The notes: generated by a model from the sequence alone, not told the origin. A stretch of 64,000 nt of DNA from an uncultured Acidobacteriota bacterium (GCA_963796275.1 CAWCKY010000007.1:864001-928000); one strand, 5' to 3'. Shown: positions 1 through 11,301, numbered from the stretch's first letter. Numbers and translations: made by a program.

Positions 1-810
1 AACGGCTTTCCGCTGGGATGCGATCTCCGGCATTTTGGCGGGATCGACCGTGTCCCAATTCCGATTGAGATCGTATCCGTTATTGTTGAACCGCACGCCG
101 CCGCGGGCAACGCCATCGGGATCGGCCATGGGAAATATCTTGATAATCGTGTGATCTCTGATTTTTGCCGCGCCCGGCTCGGGCGAGAGCAGAAAACGAA
201 GAGCGCCGTCGCAAGCCCAGGAAGTGCCGCTCTCCCAGGAATGCTGCCGGAACATCAGCCAGATCACTCTCTTTCCAGTCGACGACGATTGCGGGTTAGT
301 GATTGTAAGAAGCAGGATATCGCGCCCCTCCACCGTCTTACCGGCAACTTGCCGCCGCAAAAATTGGCTTCCTTTATATTTAGATAAAAGCGCTTCGAGG
401 TTCGCATTCGTATAAGGCGGGGTATGGGCGATCCACATGCGTTGCTTTTCCGGCATGAAGGTCAGTCGCAATTCGACTCTTTCTTCATTCCATTCAACCT
501 CGCGGTCACTAAAGTGTTTCCATGTGACGCCGTCATAGCTGTAAACAGGACGCGTACGTTTAGTAACCGCGTGAGCAGGCCGGTAATTATATTCGCCCAC
601 CAAGTCAGTCAAATCGATGATAATTTTCGTTTTTGGCAGGTTCTCCAGGGCGAAATAATACCAATTAGCCTGCCGGTTACGGCGATCCTGATCCGATTCG
701 CCTTTGACCGAGATGCGTAAATGCGTAGCTGAAATCTGTTCGACTTTTCCCGCGCTACCTCCGGGAAAATTCGTGAAGATTGAGATAGCCGCGATGACGA
801 GAGCAATCAT
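1..810 (-). CDS. M14-family zinc carboxypeptidase (partial, runs off the window start; absent from the ORF track)
   Basis: Manual translation from ATG 810 gives MIALVIAAISIFTNFPGG...NWYYF...RQHSWE (HxxE zinc motif)...FPMADPDG...NGYDLNRNW, open for 270 codons. The start overlaps the TBDR stop (TGATG). Confidence 0.85.
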   Translation of the reverse strand, partial: MIALVIAAISIFTNFPGGSAGKVEQISATHLRISVKGESDQDRRNRQANWYYFALENLPKTKIIIDLTDLVGEYNYRPAHAVTKRTRPVYSYDGVTWKHFSDREVEWNEERVELRLTFMPEKQRMWIAHTPPYTNANLEALLSKYKGSQFLRRQVAGKTVEGRDILLLTITNPQSSSTGKRVIWLMFRQHSWESGTSWACDGALRFLLSPEPGAAKIRDHTIIKIFPMADPDGVARGGVRFNNNGYDLNRNWDTVDPAKMPEIASQRKAV

Positions 811-3800
811 CAGAACATCACCCGCAAAGAAAGTTGAATCACTCTTGGGCTGCGTGCAGAAGCGTAAGCGCCGAAATTGGGATCGATCTGTCTACCTGCG
901 GTGTCGAAGCGCGCCGATGTGTAATAACTGGCGAATTGCGTATGGTTCCAGGCATTGAACGCCTCGGCTCGAAACTGAAGAAAACGTTTTTCCGAAAATA
1001 ATGGAATTCGTTTGGCGAGAGCGATATCCCAGTTGTTTATACCGGGTCCGCGCATGTAATTCACGCCGCCGTTGCCGAAGCTTCCGATCGGCGTGCGAGC
1101 AAAAGCTGCCGTATTGAAGTTCCGCAGGAAACTACGCTCGCTGCCGTCTAAATGTGGATCGCCGGCAACCGTAATACGGGCGCCTTCTTGAGTATCCGGT
1201 TATCTCCGCACCATCGACCGTTGAAAAAGAAGGAGTGAATGGCGCGCCGCTGGTAAACGATGTGATCCCACTGATTTGCCAGTTATCCAACACCCAGTGA
1301 GCCGGTTTCCATCTAACTCTTGAACCTATTTTTGGCAGATCATAAATGTAATTGATTACCAGATTATGCGTACGGTCGAACGATAGAAGACCGTAGTTGC
1401 GCAAGCGCGGTGAAAAGTAAGCGCTGATGGGATCGTCGTCTCCGCTTGCGACACCCAGCGCTTTTGAAAACGTATAGGCCAAACCAACCTGGAATCCACG
1501 AGCATAGCGACGAGATACCGCGACCTGGAGGGCATTGTAATTGGAAGTGCCGATCCATTCCGTCGACATCAAGTTTCCATAGCCGGCATATGGCCGGAAG
1601 AAATTATCCGGGAGCGGTCTTGTCGGTTGCGTCGGATCGGCGTTGTCAGGATCAAAACGGGAAAAGATCGGGATAGGATTGATATTTTTAGAAACCTGTA
1701 GATGCCGTGACAAGCTGCCGACATACGAGGCGTCCACAATAAATCCCTTTACTTCCTGCTGAATGCCGAGACTGAAGTTCATCGTGCTGGGCAATACGGC
1801 GCGGCCATACAGAATTGACAAGTTGGAGGGCCCGATCGCGCCAGCGCTTTGTCCATAGGTATCGAGATCCCCATAGTAGAGCGTCGGTGAATACGCTGTC
1901 GGAGGATTACCCAGGCTGTTACGAATCGGATTCGTCTGGCCGGTATCGTAGAACATCCCGAAGCCACCGCGTAATGCGGTCTTCCCGTTTCCAAAAACAT
2001 CGTAGGCAAAACCGAATCGCGGACCATATGCGATTCCCGGCCTGGCGATCAACGCCGTGGGATATCCATTCTTGCCCGCGGTCGCCATGCCGTTGGCAGG
2101 ATCTCCCGTACCAGGAATGTACTGACCGATGAGGGCGGAGTAGGTGCTCTCTCCAGTAATAGGATTGATAGCCACACGCTGACCGGCAGCGTTTTTGCCC
2201 GGCATATACAATATTGGCGCGTTGGCGGTATTGTAGAGGCTTGGATCGAAAGTCGAGACATTATGCGTCAGATCCTGCATCGGTAGCATGTTGTAAAGCC
2301 GCAATCCATAATTGAGGGTTAAACGCTTGGTCAGGCGCCAGGTATCCTGAACGTAATACTCGATGTTCCACATGCGGAAGCGTCCGAATGGCGCATTCGA
2401 GGCTTCTGTATATGAGTTAACGACTCCGAGAAGCGCATTCGAGAAGCTATTGTTGGTGTCGAATGGGTTGTTGGGATTTCGGCTGAAATCCAAAGCGCCC
2501 CGGTAATTTATATTCGATACCTGTTCGATTTGAGAGCGTTCCACATAGACACCCGCCTTGAACGTGTGAGATCCCCAAACCTTACTGAGATTATCGGTGA
2601 ACGTATAGCTCTTGATCAGGTAGTGGTTAGGAATAGCGGCAGTAAGAGTCGCCTGCACTGCGTTGGTCGGCTGGCCTCCGAGGATGATGTTAGGAATATA
2701 ATCGGATGCAGCCCCTGAATCAGAGTTCGGATACCATTGTGGAATATCGCCCAATGCCGATCGAGCGACGCGCGAAGGATCTTCGAAATCGAAATCGCGT
2801 AAGGTTCTGTTATATCCGAATATCGCTTCGTTCACTAAGGTGCTGGAGAAGGTCTTCATCGTGCGGACGAGGTGGCCCACGCCTGGATTCTGCACCACCA
2901 CCGGCGACAGTAGATAGTTGATGCTGCCGGTTTTCCAATCGCCCCAGGGCAGATATTTTTCATCTTTATCGTGCCCGAAGCGGTAGTACAACATGAGGGT
3001 TGGAGTCAGATTGGCATCCAACCGCAGAATATCGTTCCGGCGCGGTGTGTTTCCGCTATAAACTGAGCGATAGTTATATCGGTATCGGTTGGCTGGATCC
3101 GGGTCGGTGTAATTCGGGAGAGGAAAGAAATTCAGAATCCCTTGCCCTGTCGCGTTCAGTTTATCTTGCGGAATTATGTTGTCGGGGAATGCTTCGAGGG
3201 TATTGGGATCACGAATGACAATCAGCCTGCCGTCCACATCTCTACTTTGCGAGAAGTCTCCATTGCGTTCCGCGGCGGTCGGAACATTCAAAAATTTTGC
3301 CCCATAGTCTCTCTTAATCCCCGTGTATTCCTGAGAGAAAAAGAAGAAGAACTTCTCTCTCTCTCTGTTGAACAGCTTCGGTATGTAGATCGGACCTCCG
3401 ATACTATATCCCGTCACACGATATCGATAAGGGGATTTCGGTGTTCCGGTTCTGTTATTGAAAAAGTTGTTCGCGTTGAGACTCTCGTGACGGTAGTAGT
3501 TATAAGCAGACCCGTGAAAATCGCGGCTGCCTGACTTTGTGATCACGGTGACCGAACCGCCGCTATTGCGGCCGTACTCGGCTTGATAGTTACTGGTCAG
3601 GACTTTCACTTCTTCGATCGAATCCATATTCGGAATAAATGACACGCTCTGGTTCGATCCGACATCCATGGCCGTAATGCCATCGACGGAAAAATTCTTC
3701 TGGTTATCCCGAGCTCCATTAATAAAGGTCCCCCCGTTTGCTGCGTTCGTGGTGCTATCACGCACATCCTTCGTATCCACTACACCCGGAATGGTCGAAA

Positions 3801-4329
3801 GAAATGCAAAAAAATCGCGCCCTTTCAGCGCGATGTTATTCAGTTGAGTCCCTGTCACAGTACCTGAACGTTCAGCGCTCATCAGTTGTACGGAGGACTG
3901 ATCCGCCGTCACACTGACGGATTCCCGAAGGTCTCCAATCGGTAGAGTAATATTGCCGAGAGCGCGAGTCTCGCTGGATGTCACTGGAATATTCTTCAAT
4001 TCGAGCGCATTGAATCCGGCGGCCCGCATCGTGAGCTTGTATGTTCCGGCAAAGACCGTGGGGAAGGTAAAAGTCCCTGAAGAACCCGATTTTGCGTTCA
4101 ACATAAGGCCGGTGGCCTCGTTCATCAATACGCAGTCGGCATCCGGGATAGGCGCACCGGAACTGTCTATCACGGTTCCGGAAACGGAACTCGAAATATT
4201 CTGTGCAAACAGGATGACGCAACAGATGAGCATCCACGCCAATATCGGAAACGTTTTCAACAGCGAGGCGGCTAAGCTTGGGACCGCAGACAGCGCCAGC
4301 GACCGGGAGCCATTTGAAAGCGCTTTCAT
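810..4329 (-). CDS. TonB-dependent receptor (acidobacterial type), split by a +1 frameshift near 1194
   Basis: Signal peptide, carboxypeptidase-regulatory-like N-domain, AEYGRNSGG and TKSG plug motifs. ORFs 1132-4329 and 810-1064 join as AEITGSQEGARITVAGDP...RGPGINNWD...RVIQLSLRVMF (terminal Phe) if one base is removed. Confidence 0.9.
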
Positions 4330-4634
4330 AATTCCTCCGGCAAACTTTTGAATTAGTTGTGGATCAAGATTAGGTGCTCTTGATGGCTTCCCGCATCTGC
4401 GGTTACCGTGCGAACTTGATTTAGTGAAGGTTCACACTCATATTTTTTTTAAGATGCAGCATCATGTCATATCCGACTAGCGAGTCAAGGAAAGTGCAGA
4501 AAAATATGTAAAATATCATCCATAATTGCTGTTGTCAGGCATTATTGCGGTATCAGAGTGCGGAATCCCGACCGATTACGAGGTTCGCGGAACCGGCTCC
4601 AGTAAACCAATTTGGTCATCAGAATAAGTTGTGC

Positions 4635-4810
4635 ATGCCTTTAACTCTGAGCCATCCGGCTGCCATCATTCCTCTTGCCCGGCAGGGGCTGGTATTCTCA
4701 GCTCTGGTCGTTGATAGTATAAGTCCTGACTTCCTTTACTTCATTAACCTGTCTCCGCGCGGGCAATTTGGCCACACGCTGCCTGGATTTGTTGATCTGG
4801 TCTTATTCGC
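4635..4810 (+). pseudogene. DUF4184-family membrane protein, 5' fragment
   Basis: MPLTLSHPAAIIPL...FSALVVDSISPDFLYF...GHTLPG resembles the DUF4184 N-terminus (MPFTxSHPAA...SALVIGSxxPDF). It breaks off where the IS66 fragment begins. Confidence 0.6.
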
Positions 4811-6359
4811 TATCGCCGGCAATTATGTTGGGCGCATCTGAAGCGAGAATTTGAGGCGATCAAACAGCGCGGGGGAACTTCAGCCGAGATTGGGGAGAAA
4901 TTGCTGGAGCAGGTTAAAGCGCTCTTTGATCTCTGGCGTCAACTGCGAGCTGGGAGCCTGAGCCGGAAGGCGTTTGATCAGGAGATGAAGTCGGTGCAAT
5001 CTCAGGTCAAGGGACTGGTCGAGATAGGCGCAACCTGCGAGCAGGCCAAGACGCGGCGGACGTGCGAAAACCTGCTCAAACACGAGGTCTCATTGTGGAC
5101 CTTCGTCCGCGAGGCAGGCGTGGAACCGACCAATAATGACGCCGAACGGCCCTTGCGGCGGGCAGTGCTGTGGCGACGCAAATCATTCGGGACGCAGAGC
5201 GAAAGTGGCAGTCGATTTGTGGAGCGGATCCTGACGGTGGTCACCAGCCTGCGGCAACAAGGTCGAGATGTGCTGCAGTATCTGACCTCAGCCTGTGCTG
5301 CTCTCACTCAGGAGAGTGGCTCGATCTGCCTTCTCCCTGATTCCTGAGTGGTCAATTCCAGAGGGCTCACTTGCATATAAAAACTTCTTCCATCTTGCTT
5401 TTTCTTCTCAGCCCGCTGTTTCTGGTTGGCTGCTCAAGGAGTATACAGTCGCCTGTTGTTGCTAATAAGCCTACCGGCTCCTTCCACCTCTACAAATCGC
5501 TTGACCAGGGCTACTCGTGGGCAGAGGCCGGGAGAGGCCTGCCGCAGTCGGCAAGGATCAATTCTCTATTTATTGGGGGCACCACCGCCTACGCTGGCAC
5601 AGACGCCGGCATCTTCATTTCGACCGATGATGGGCAGACGTGGTCAGAGAGCCCCCTGTTACCTGCCGCCCGCGTCCAGTGCATCACTGCAGTGGGACAA
5701 CAGGTGTTTGCAGGGACGAGGCAAGCGGGCGTGTTCGTATCCAAAGATAGTGGCCGCTCCTGGCGTCAGCTTGCCCGTGGCTTGACTGATCTGAATGTCC
5801 GGTCGTTGGTTAACCTTGGGCCTGAGGTATATGCGGGTACTGATGAGCAGGGTGTGTTTGTACTCGCGAGAGGAGCCGAGTCTTGGGATCAGTTCGGACG
5901 CGGGTTACCTGAACACTCACAAGTTTTCGACCTGGCGGTCAGCGGCCCGTCTGTCTACGCCGCCCTTTATAGCAAGGGCCTCTACCGCCTCAACTCCGGC
6001 GGCGAGCAGTGGACGAAGGTGGGGCAAGTGACGCCGCTCGAATTTCTCGTGCAGGGCACAACGCTGCTGGCTGGCTACAACCCGGGAGGCGTGTACCGCT
6101 CTGTTGACGGCGGAGCGACGTGGAATCGCGCTAGCGGCATATCCAGTGAAGCACCGATTTGGGTCCTGGGTAGTACCGGCTCAAATCTACTTGCAGGAAC
6201 CTCACCAGGAGCCGTCTCCCTGAGCAGTGACCTGGGGGCGAGCTGGCAACCAAGCGCCGCCGGGTTGCCTTCAGGAGTAGCGGTTGTCGCACTTAGTGCA
6301 AATAAAACCTACACTCTGGCAGCCATTTCGAAATAAGGAGCATGCACCTGAACGGTTAC
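4811..6359 (+). mobile_element. 5'-truncated IS66-family element: transposase C-terminal half (4811-5347), passenger gene and right terminal IR (6348-6359)
   Basis: In-frame RQLCWAHLKREF...VEPTNNDAERPLRRAVLWRRKSFGTQSESG are IS66 motifs. CTGAACGGTTAC at 6348-6359 is the reverse complement of GTAACCGTTCAG, a GTAA-starting IS66-type end. Confidence 0.75.
5371..6336 (+). CDS. BNR/Asp-box beta-propeller lipoprotein
   Basis: Lipobox LVGC and repeated Asp-box motifs (SLDQGYSW, STDDGQTW, SKDSGRSW, SVDGGATW, SSDLGASW). Confidence 0.8.
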   Translation: MHIKTSSILLFLLSPLFLVGCSRSIQSPVVANKPTGSFHLYKSLDQGYSWAEAGRGLPQSARINSLFIGGTTAYAGTDAGIFISTDDGQTWSESPLLPAARVQCITAVGQQVFAGTRQAGVFVSKDSGRSWRQLARGLTDLNVRSLVNLGPEVYAGTDEQGVFVLARGAESWDQFGRGLPEHSQVFDLAVSGPSVYAALYSKGLYRLNSGGEQWTKVGQVTPLEFLVQGTTLLAGYNPGGVYRSVDGGATWNRASGISSEAPIWVLGSTGSNLLAGTSPGAVSLSSDLGASWQPSAAGLPSGVAVVALSANKTYTLAAISK

Positions 6360-6482
6360 AGAGTGGTCATGGAACACGTGAGTCTGATAACGGACTAATG
6401 GTCCATACTCCTCTCCAGAGGTCCAAGAAAATAGTAGGATAGAGAACACTCGCAGAGAGATTTTTTGGAGTCGAACTGGATC

Positions 6483-6543
6483 GGGTGGCCACGATCGAAT
6501 AGGTTCACTGTGCCATAGAGCCGTGAATTCGAGCGTGCCACCC
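6483..6543. repeat. REP-like imperfect inverted repeat between convergent genes
   Basis: GGGTGGCCACGATCGAAT ... ATTCGAGCGTGCCACCC. Confidence 0.6.
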
Positions 6544-6566
6544 AATCAGACTGCAGTCATCACGTT

Positions 6567-9500
6567 TCACTTGCGACGTGACGTTGTCGCGGTACTGGTA
6601 CTACCCTGCGTCCGCGTTTGCTGGTCGTGAGTAGTCGGTATGGTGACCGTCACCGAGAAGTTTCTGACGGTTGTCGACCCGTCCTGTCTGGTCCCTTTGA
6701 TCCAGACGGTCGTGATCCCGATCGGGAAGAACGAACCGGAAGGAGGATCGCTGGTCACCACGCCGCAGCTTCCCGCGAAGGTTGGCGCCGGATAATTGAC
6801 GAAGGCGCCGCTCAGGCCCGGGGTCCTGTTCACGAGAATGTTTGCCACTCTGTTCAGTGTACAGGGCGAATTGCAGCAGGACGGATCAGTAGTAGTGACG
6901 TTCAACTGCCACCCACCGTTGATATTCCCGATGTCACCGCCCGCGTCGTCAGCCGCAAACAGGTTCCACGTCCCATTGGGATTCAGGGCGTTGAAGATCG
7001 AGAGCAGTTGCGGGTCGGGATACGGCCCGGTGGGCGCCGGGGCAGGGAAGAGATCGCCCGCTCCGATGTTTGTCGGTCTGAACATCCCTGAAACTACGGT
7101 TCCACCGATCTCCGACGCCGCATCATCGAGCGTTAAGTTGATGTTGACGGCGTCTGTGCCGCCTCCCGCGTCGGACATCAGGAGCAGTTTCTGCCCTCCC
7201 GGCCCGACCAGCAGAACGTCTACGTCGCTGGGAAAAGTATGATTGAAGTCGAAGAGGTTCGCCGTCACCTTGCTTATCGTACCGGTGACGCCTGAGACCT
7301 CAATGGATGACGGATAAGGATTGGCCGGCGCTCCCGTTCCGGCGCCTGTGCCGGTCCCCGGGATGAGGATCGAGGCGAGGTTGGAGAACGACGATGTGGC
7401 GGAAATCGTCGAGCCGACCCTCATGGTGAAGTTCACCGTGCCGAGACTCATCGCGCCGTCCTGCAGCGCCAGGGTCGCCGTGAGATTGCCGCCGCAGACC
7501 CCGGCAGCCGTGAAGGTGAAGGGCCGGGCGACCGCCGGACCGCCCGGAATCAGGACTCCGTAAGCCTGCGGGGCGCTCGGCGCGAGGACCCCGCCGCCGG
7601 CGAGCAGCGTGGCGGTCAGGTTGGTGGTATTGCCCGTGCCGATGTTCAGGAGCGGGAAGGCGGCCGTCACGGTCTCGTCCGCATCGGGCGCGCCGTTGCC
7701 GGGAGCGCAACTCTCGTTGGTCACCGTGACGGGCGGCGCCGCCTGCATCTCAGGCGTCCCGGGCACGCCGCAGCAGGCGAACCGCTGGCGGGAGATTTCG
7801 AGTGTGACGCACCCGACCGTCCCGACATCCGCGGGCCCGACGTCCGCTATTCTCAAGATCCAGGTCCCGGATACGGGCTTGCCGTTGAAGGCCGATAACG
7901 GCGAGTCGGGTCTGAAGGGGCCCGCAAAGGGAGCCGCGCCCGCGCCGATCGCGATCAGCGCCGAATCATCAAAGACCGTCGGGGTGCCCGAACAATCGTT
8001 CGCCCCCGATCCGAAGTTGTCGCCGTTGCCCCCGCGGTTATTGGCGAGCGCGACCGCCGTCCCGTCCGGTCCGATCAGCGTCATCACCAGGTCGCCGTCG
8101 AAGGTGTGGTTCAAACGAAGCCTGAGGTTGACATCCGCCACCGCGCCGACATCAGTCACGTTGATCGGGATGTCCAGCGTGCCGAGGTCGGGAATCGACG
8201 TTGCGATATTGCCGCTGCTGTAATTGGTGGTGAGGGTGACCACCGGTCGGCCGACCTGCAGGTTGAAAGTCCTGGTCACTGTACCGAAGCTGCTGGTGAT
8301 GTCCACGGTCACCGGCAATTGGCTTCCGCAGTCGGCGTCCGGCGGGACGGTGAAGGGAACGCCGCGCGAGGCCGTCGCTCCGCCCGGAATGTCACCGTAG
8401 CTGATCGGGCTGCCGCCGTTTACCGAGATGGTCACCTCGCTCGCCCCCACCGAGCAGAACGGATTGCTGAGCGGGATGTTCAGCGTCAGCGTTTCGCCCG
8501 GATCGGCGAATCCGTCGGGCGGCGGGCAGGAATCGTCCGTTATCGTCACCGCGCCCACATTTAGATTGGGCGTGTCGAAAGCCTCGACCACCGAGGGCGA
8601 GCTGGAAGAGATAGCGCTGGCGCTGGCGCCCATGCCGCGGGCGGCGAATCCGCTCCAGATGTCCAGTTCATCCTCACCGCCGAAGGCGCTGCAGCTCGCG
8701 CTCAGGATGGAATCGCGCGCCTGCAGCATGGTCGGATTTGCCGGATCGAGCTTCATCCCGTCCGTCACCAGTTGCAGCGCACGCTGGTTGCCGGCGGCGA
8801 ATCCCATGCGGTCGACAATCCGCGCGCGCACTTCCCACAAAGCGGAGCACCAGACCTCGCCGATGTTGTGCACCTGGAAGGCGGTGCCGGAACCGATCGG
8901 CCCGCGCGGGAAAGCGCCGTCGGTGAGATTGATCTGGGCCGGGTCGATGTCGGCGAAGGTCAGCGGATTGTGGGGCCTGCCGTTGGGCCCGACCGTCGAG
9001 ATCGTCGCGTGCGGGAATCGCCGAATGCCGTAGTAATAATTGTCGGTAAATCCAGCCACTATCCCGAGGGTCGAATATCCGCCCATGGCGTATATCCCGT
9101 GCGGATCATCGCCCGGCCGAGACAGGAGCGAGAGCGCGTAGAAATCCGACCATCCCTCACCCATTCCGCCCGACATCGGAGCGTTCAGACCCGCGCCGTT
9201 ATTGTGCAGGCGATTGGATGTGCCGTGCGTCAGTTCGTGGATGATGATCTCCTGGTCGAGCCCCGAGGAACGGTCCGGATCCGCGCCGTTGAAGATGTAC
9301 ATCTGCATGCGCCCCGACGACCCGTCAGGCGGGGTCGAGAAGTTGGCATTGCTGGTGCCGGAGAAATCCTGCCCCTGGGCCAGGACGCGGTCATTGCCGA
9401 GCCCGCCCCGGCCGAAATTGTCCAGCTGGAAGTTGCGCGCCGCTTCGGTGAAACCGAGCTCGTAGAGCCGGTCGTGATAGCGGTTGACCCAGAAGAACAT

Positions 9501-10784
9501 ATTGACGGCTTCGCCCAAACGGTAGGCGGGCAGAGTCGGAGAGTCGCCCGGGGGCGGAATGCCCGGCGCGGGATTGTAAATGAAGTCGAAGACGCGATCG
9601 GGCGAGCCGATGGGACGCCCGTCCGCATCGATGCCGTCTGGCGCGACCAGGTCCATGCCGGAGTCCACATTATTGCCGGTCGTCGTATTGGCGCCGTCGG
9701 TGAGCCATCCCAGATTGTTGAACTCACCCTCGCTGATCAGCGTGAGTGAAGTCCGTGGGATAGCCGCGCCCTGAGTGCCCGAGCCTGGCAGCGCGGTTGT
9801 CGGCGAGAGCGGGGCCGGGCTCCTCCCATCGTAGATCACGTAGGTGGCGGGTTGCGTCTGATCACTGGTGATGTTCTTACGCCACAAAAGCTCCCCCTGT
9901 TCGGCGTCCACCAGCGTATAGTAGGCCGGCGTTTCCTGCCACAACACCATCGACCAGGCCAGGGTGGCCAATCCCGCGTCCAGCGGGAAGTATTGCAATT
10001 CGACCGCGACATCGCCGGTGAGCCCTCCGGTAGGATGAAAAACGACGGTCCGGCCGTCCGGGGACGACTCTTTTACGGCCAACTGGTCCTCGGTCAAAGT
10101 GAGGCCGACCGAAGCCGCGGCGGCCACCACGGCCTGGGCCGCGCTGATCCGCGGAGTAATCGCCAAGTCCTCCTCCGCCGGTCCGCCCGTGACTTCTCCC
10201 ACCACCCGCACGAGCTCGCCGCCGCTGGTGAAGGCAGCCACCACCTCGCCTCGGAATACCCGCATCCCATTCCACCGCTGTTCCATCTTCACCCACGAAA
10301 GCCTGCCGTTCGGATTGGTGTAATCGGCGATCTTCCTGAGGCTATTCAATTGACGCGGGCTCATCCCGAACATATCGGCGTTATCGCTGATGAATCCGCG
10401 CATGATGTTCTCGCGCGGCTGCTGGGAGCGCGCGGTCAATGATCGGCGGCCTTTGCCCCTCATTTCGACGACTTCAGGAGAGTTGGTCAGGCTGGAGATG
10501 GCTGCTTGCAGTCCCGGCACGCTCCCGGATTTTCTCCCTCGGGCGCTCGTCATCACCTGCTTGAGGTGGGCGTTCTTCTCCCTCTGCCTCGAAGAAAATT
10601 TTTCCAGACGCCGCTCTAACCTCGTGACGGCGTCTTTGGTGGTTTGGTCGCGAATATCGAAGTTCTCTTTTGCGACATCGATGGCGGCGGGCCCGGCCGC
10701 CTGCATCAGGAAATCCCGGAACAGAGTTGAAGCCATTAGTGCGACGACGATAGCCGCACAAATCCACAGGGAGGTTTTTTTCAT
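6567..10784 (-). CDS. M36 (fungalysin-like) metallopeptidase with FTP propeptide, two proprotein-convertase P domains and a HYR-like C-terminus
   Basis: Signal peptide, HELTH (HExxH), GMGEGWSDF and VHNIGEVW. Two copies of HTFxxDxxxxLxGPxG...NGxWxL mark P domains, and PPSGSFFPIGITTV marks HYR. Confidence 0.9.
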   Translation of the reverse strand: MKKTSLWICAAIVVALMASTLFRDFLMQAAGPAAIDVAKENFDIRDQTTKDAVTRLERRLEKFSSRQREKNAHLKQVMTSARGRKSGSVPGLQAAISSLTNSPEVVEMRGKGRRSLTARSQQPRENIMRGFISDNADMFGMSPRQLNSLRKIADYTNPNGRLSWVKMEQRWNGMRVFRGEVVAAFTSGGELVRVVGEVTGGPAEEDLAITPRISAAQAVVAAAASVGLTLTEDQLAVKESSPDGRTVVFHPTGGLTGDVAVELQYFPLDAGLATLAWSMVLWQETPAYYTLVDAEQGELLWRKNITSDQTQPATYVIYDGRSPAPLSPTTALPGSGTQGAAIPRTSLTLISEGEFNNLGWLTDGANTTTGNNVDSGMDLVAPDGIDADGRPIGSPDRVFDFIYNPAPGIPPPGDSPTLPAYRLGEAVNMFFWVNRYHDRLYELGFTEAARNFQLDNFGRGGLGNDRVLAQGQDFSGTSNANFSTPPDGSSGRMQMYIFNGADPDRSSGLDQEIIIHELTHGTSNRLHNNGAGLNAPMSGGMGEGWSDFYALSLLSRPGDDPHGIYAMGGYSTLGIVAGFTDNYYYGIRRFPHATISTVGPNGRPHNPLTFADIDPAQINLTDGAFPRGPIGSGTAFQVHNIGEVWCSALWEVRARIVDRMGFAAGNQRALQLVTDGMKLDPANPTMLQARDSILSASCSAFGGEDELDIWSGFAARGMGASASAISSSSPSVVEAFDTPNLNVGAVTITDDSCPPPDGFADPGETLTLNIPLSNPFCSVGASEVTISVNGGSPISYGDIPGGATASRGVPFTVPPDADCGSQLPVTVDITSSFGTVTRTFNLQVGRPVVTLTTNYSSGNIATSIPDLGTLDIPINVTDVGAVADVNLRLRLNHTFDGDLVMTLIGPDGTAVALANNRGGNGDNFGSGANDCSGTPTVFDDSALIAIGAGAAPFAGPFRPDSPLSAFNGKPVSGTWILRIADVGPADVGTVGCVTLEISRQRFACCGVPGTPEMQAAPPVTVTNESCAPGNGAPDADETVTAAFPLLNIGTGNTTNLTATLLAGGGVLAPSAPQAYGVLIPGGPAVARPFTFTAAGVCGGNLTATLALQDGAMSLGTVNFTMRVGSTISATSSFSNLASILIPGTGTGAGTGAPANPYPSSIEVSGVTGTISKVTANLFDFNHTFPSDVDVLLVGPGGQKLLLMSDAGGGTDAVNINLTLDDAASEIGGTVVSGMFRPTNIGAGDLFPAPAPTGPYPDPQLLSIFNALNPNGTWNLFAADDAGGDIGNINGGWQLNVTTTDPSCCNSPCTLNRVANILVNRTPGLSGAFVNYPAPTFAGSCGVVTSDPPSGSFFPIGITTVWIKGTRQDGSTTVRNFSVTVTIPTTHDQQTRTQGSTSTATTSRRK

Positions 10785-11301
10785 TTGTAAATGTCTCTCC
10801 TTTTTGGTTGAGGATGGGAAGATATAGGTTCAACGAGACGGTTAAGCCGGAAATCGCGTGAAACTTCCGCCAACTCGCCAAATGGCAAGCGAGCGGATTG
10901 CGCCCGGAGAACAGAATTTGTGTAATAGAAAAAGAGCCTGCCTGAACTTCAGGCGACGACGATGCTTACTTAAACTGCATAGCTGATGAAGATAGTGAGC
11001 TGCTGAGCAATCTATCCGGAAGTTTTTACCGATAAAATTGTTGGCAAATGCCGCGGCTTATCGAGAAATTTACTGCGAGCGCAATCTAAAGGTTGCTACT
11101 TGTACTTGTCAATGGCTTGGACATCCTTCAACAAAAAGTATTCGATTTTTCACATTTTTACATTTTTAAGTCGACACGTTATTGTCGCTGCAGGTGCGGT
11201 TCCGCACGCGACGCAATGCAGGCATTAGGTGCAGGAGTAGCTAAATATGCTGGGCTATTGCATCAGGAAAGATGAAGAAATGCGAGTTGCGTCTGCGTGG
11301 G

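Noticed and set aside
8772-9749. 325-aa and other antisense ORFs over the M36 gene
   Set aside because: High GC suppresses stop codons, and no domain features are visible.
9853-9864. TGCGTCTGATCA, an 11/12 match to the XerC-like motif
   Set aside because: It lies inside the M36 coding sequence with no right arm, so it is treated as chance. It is also a caution for the weaker copies.
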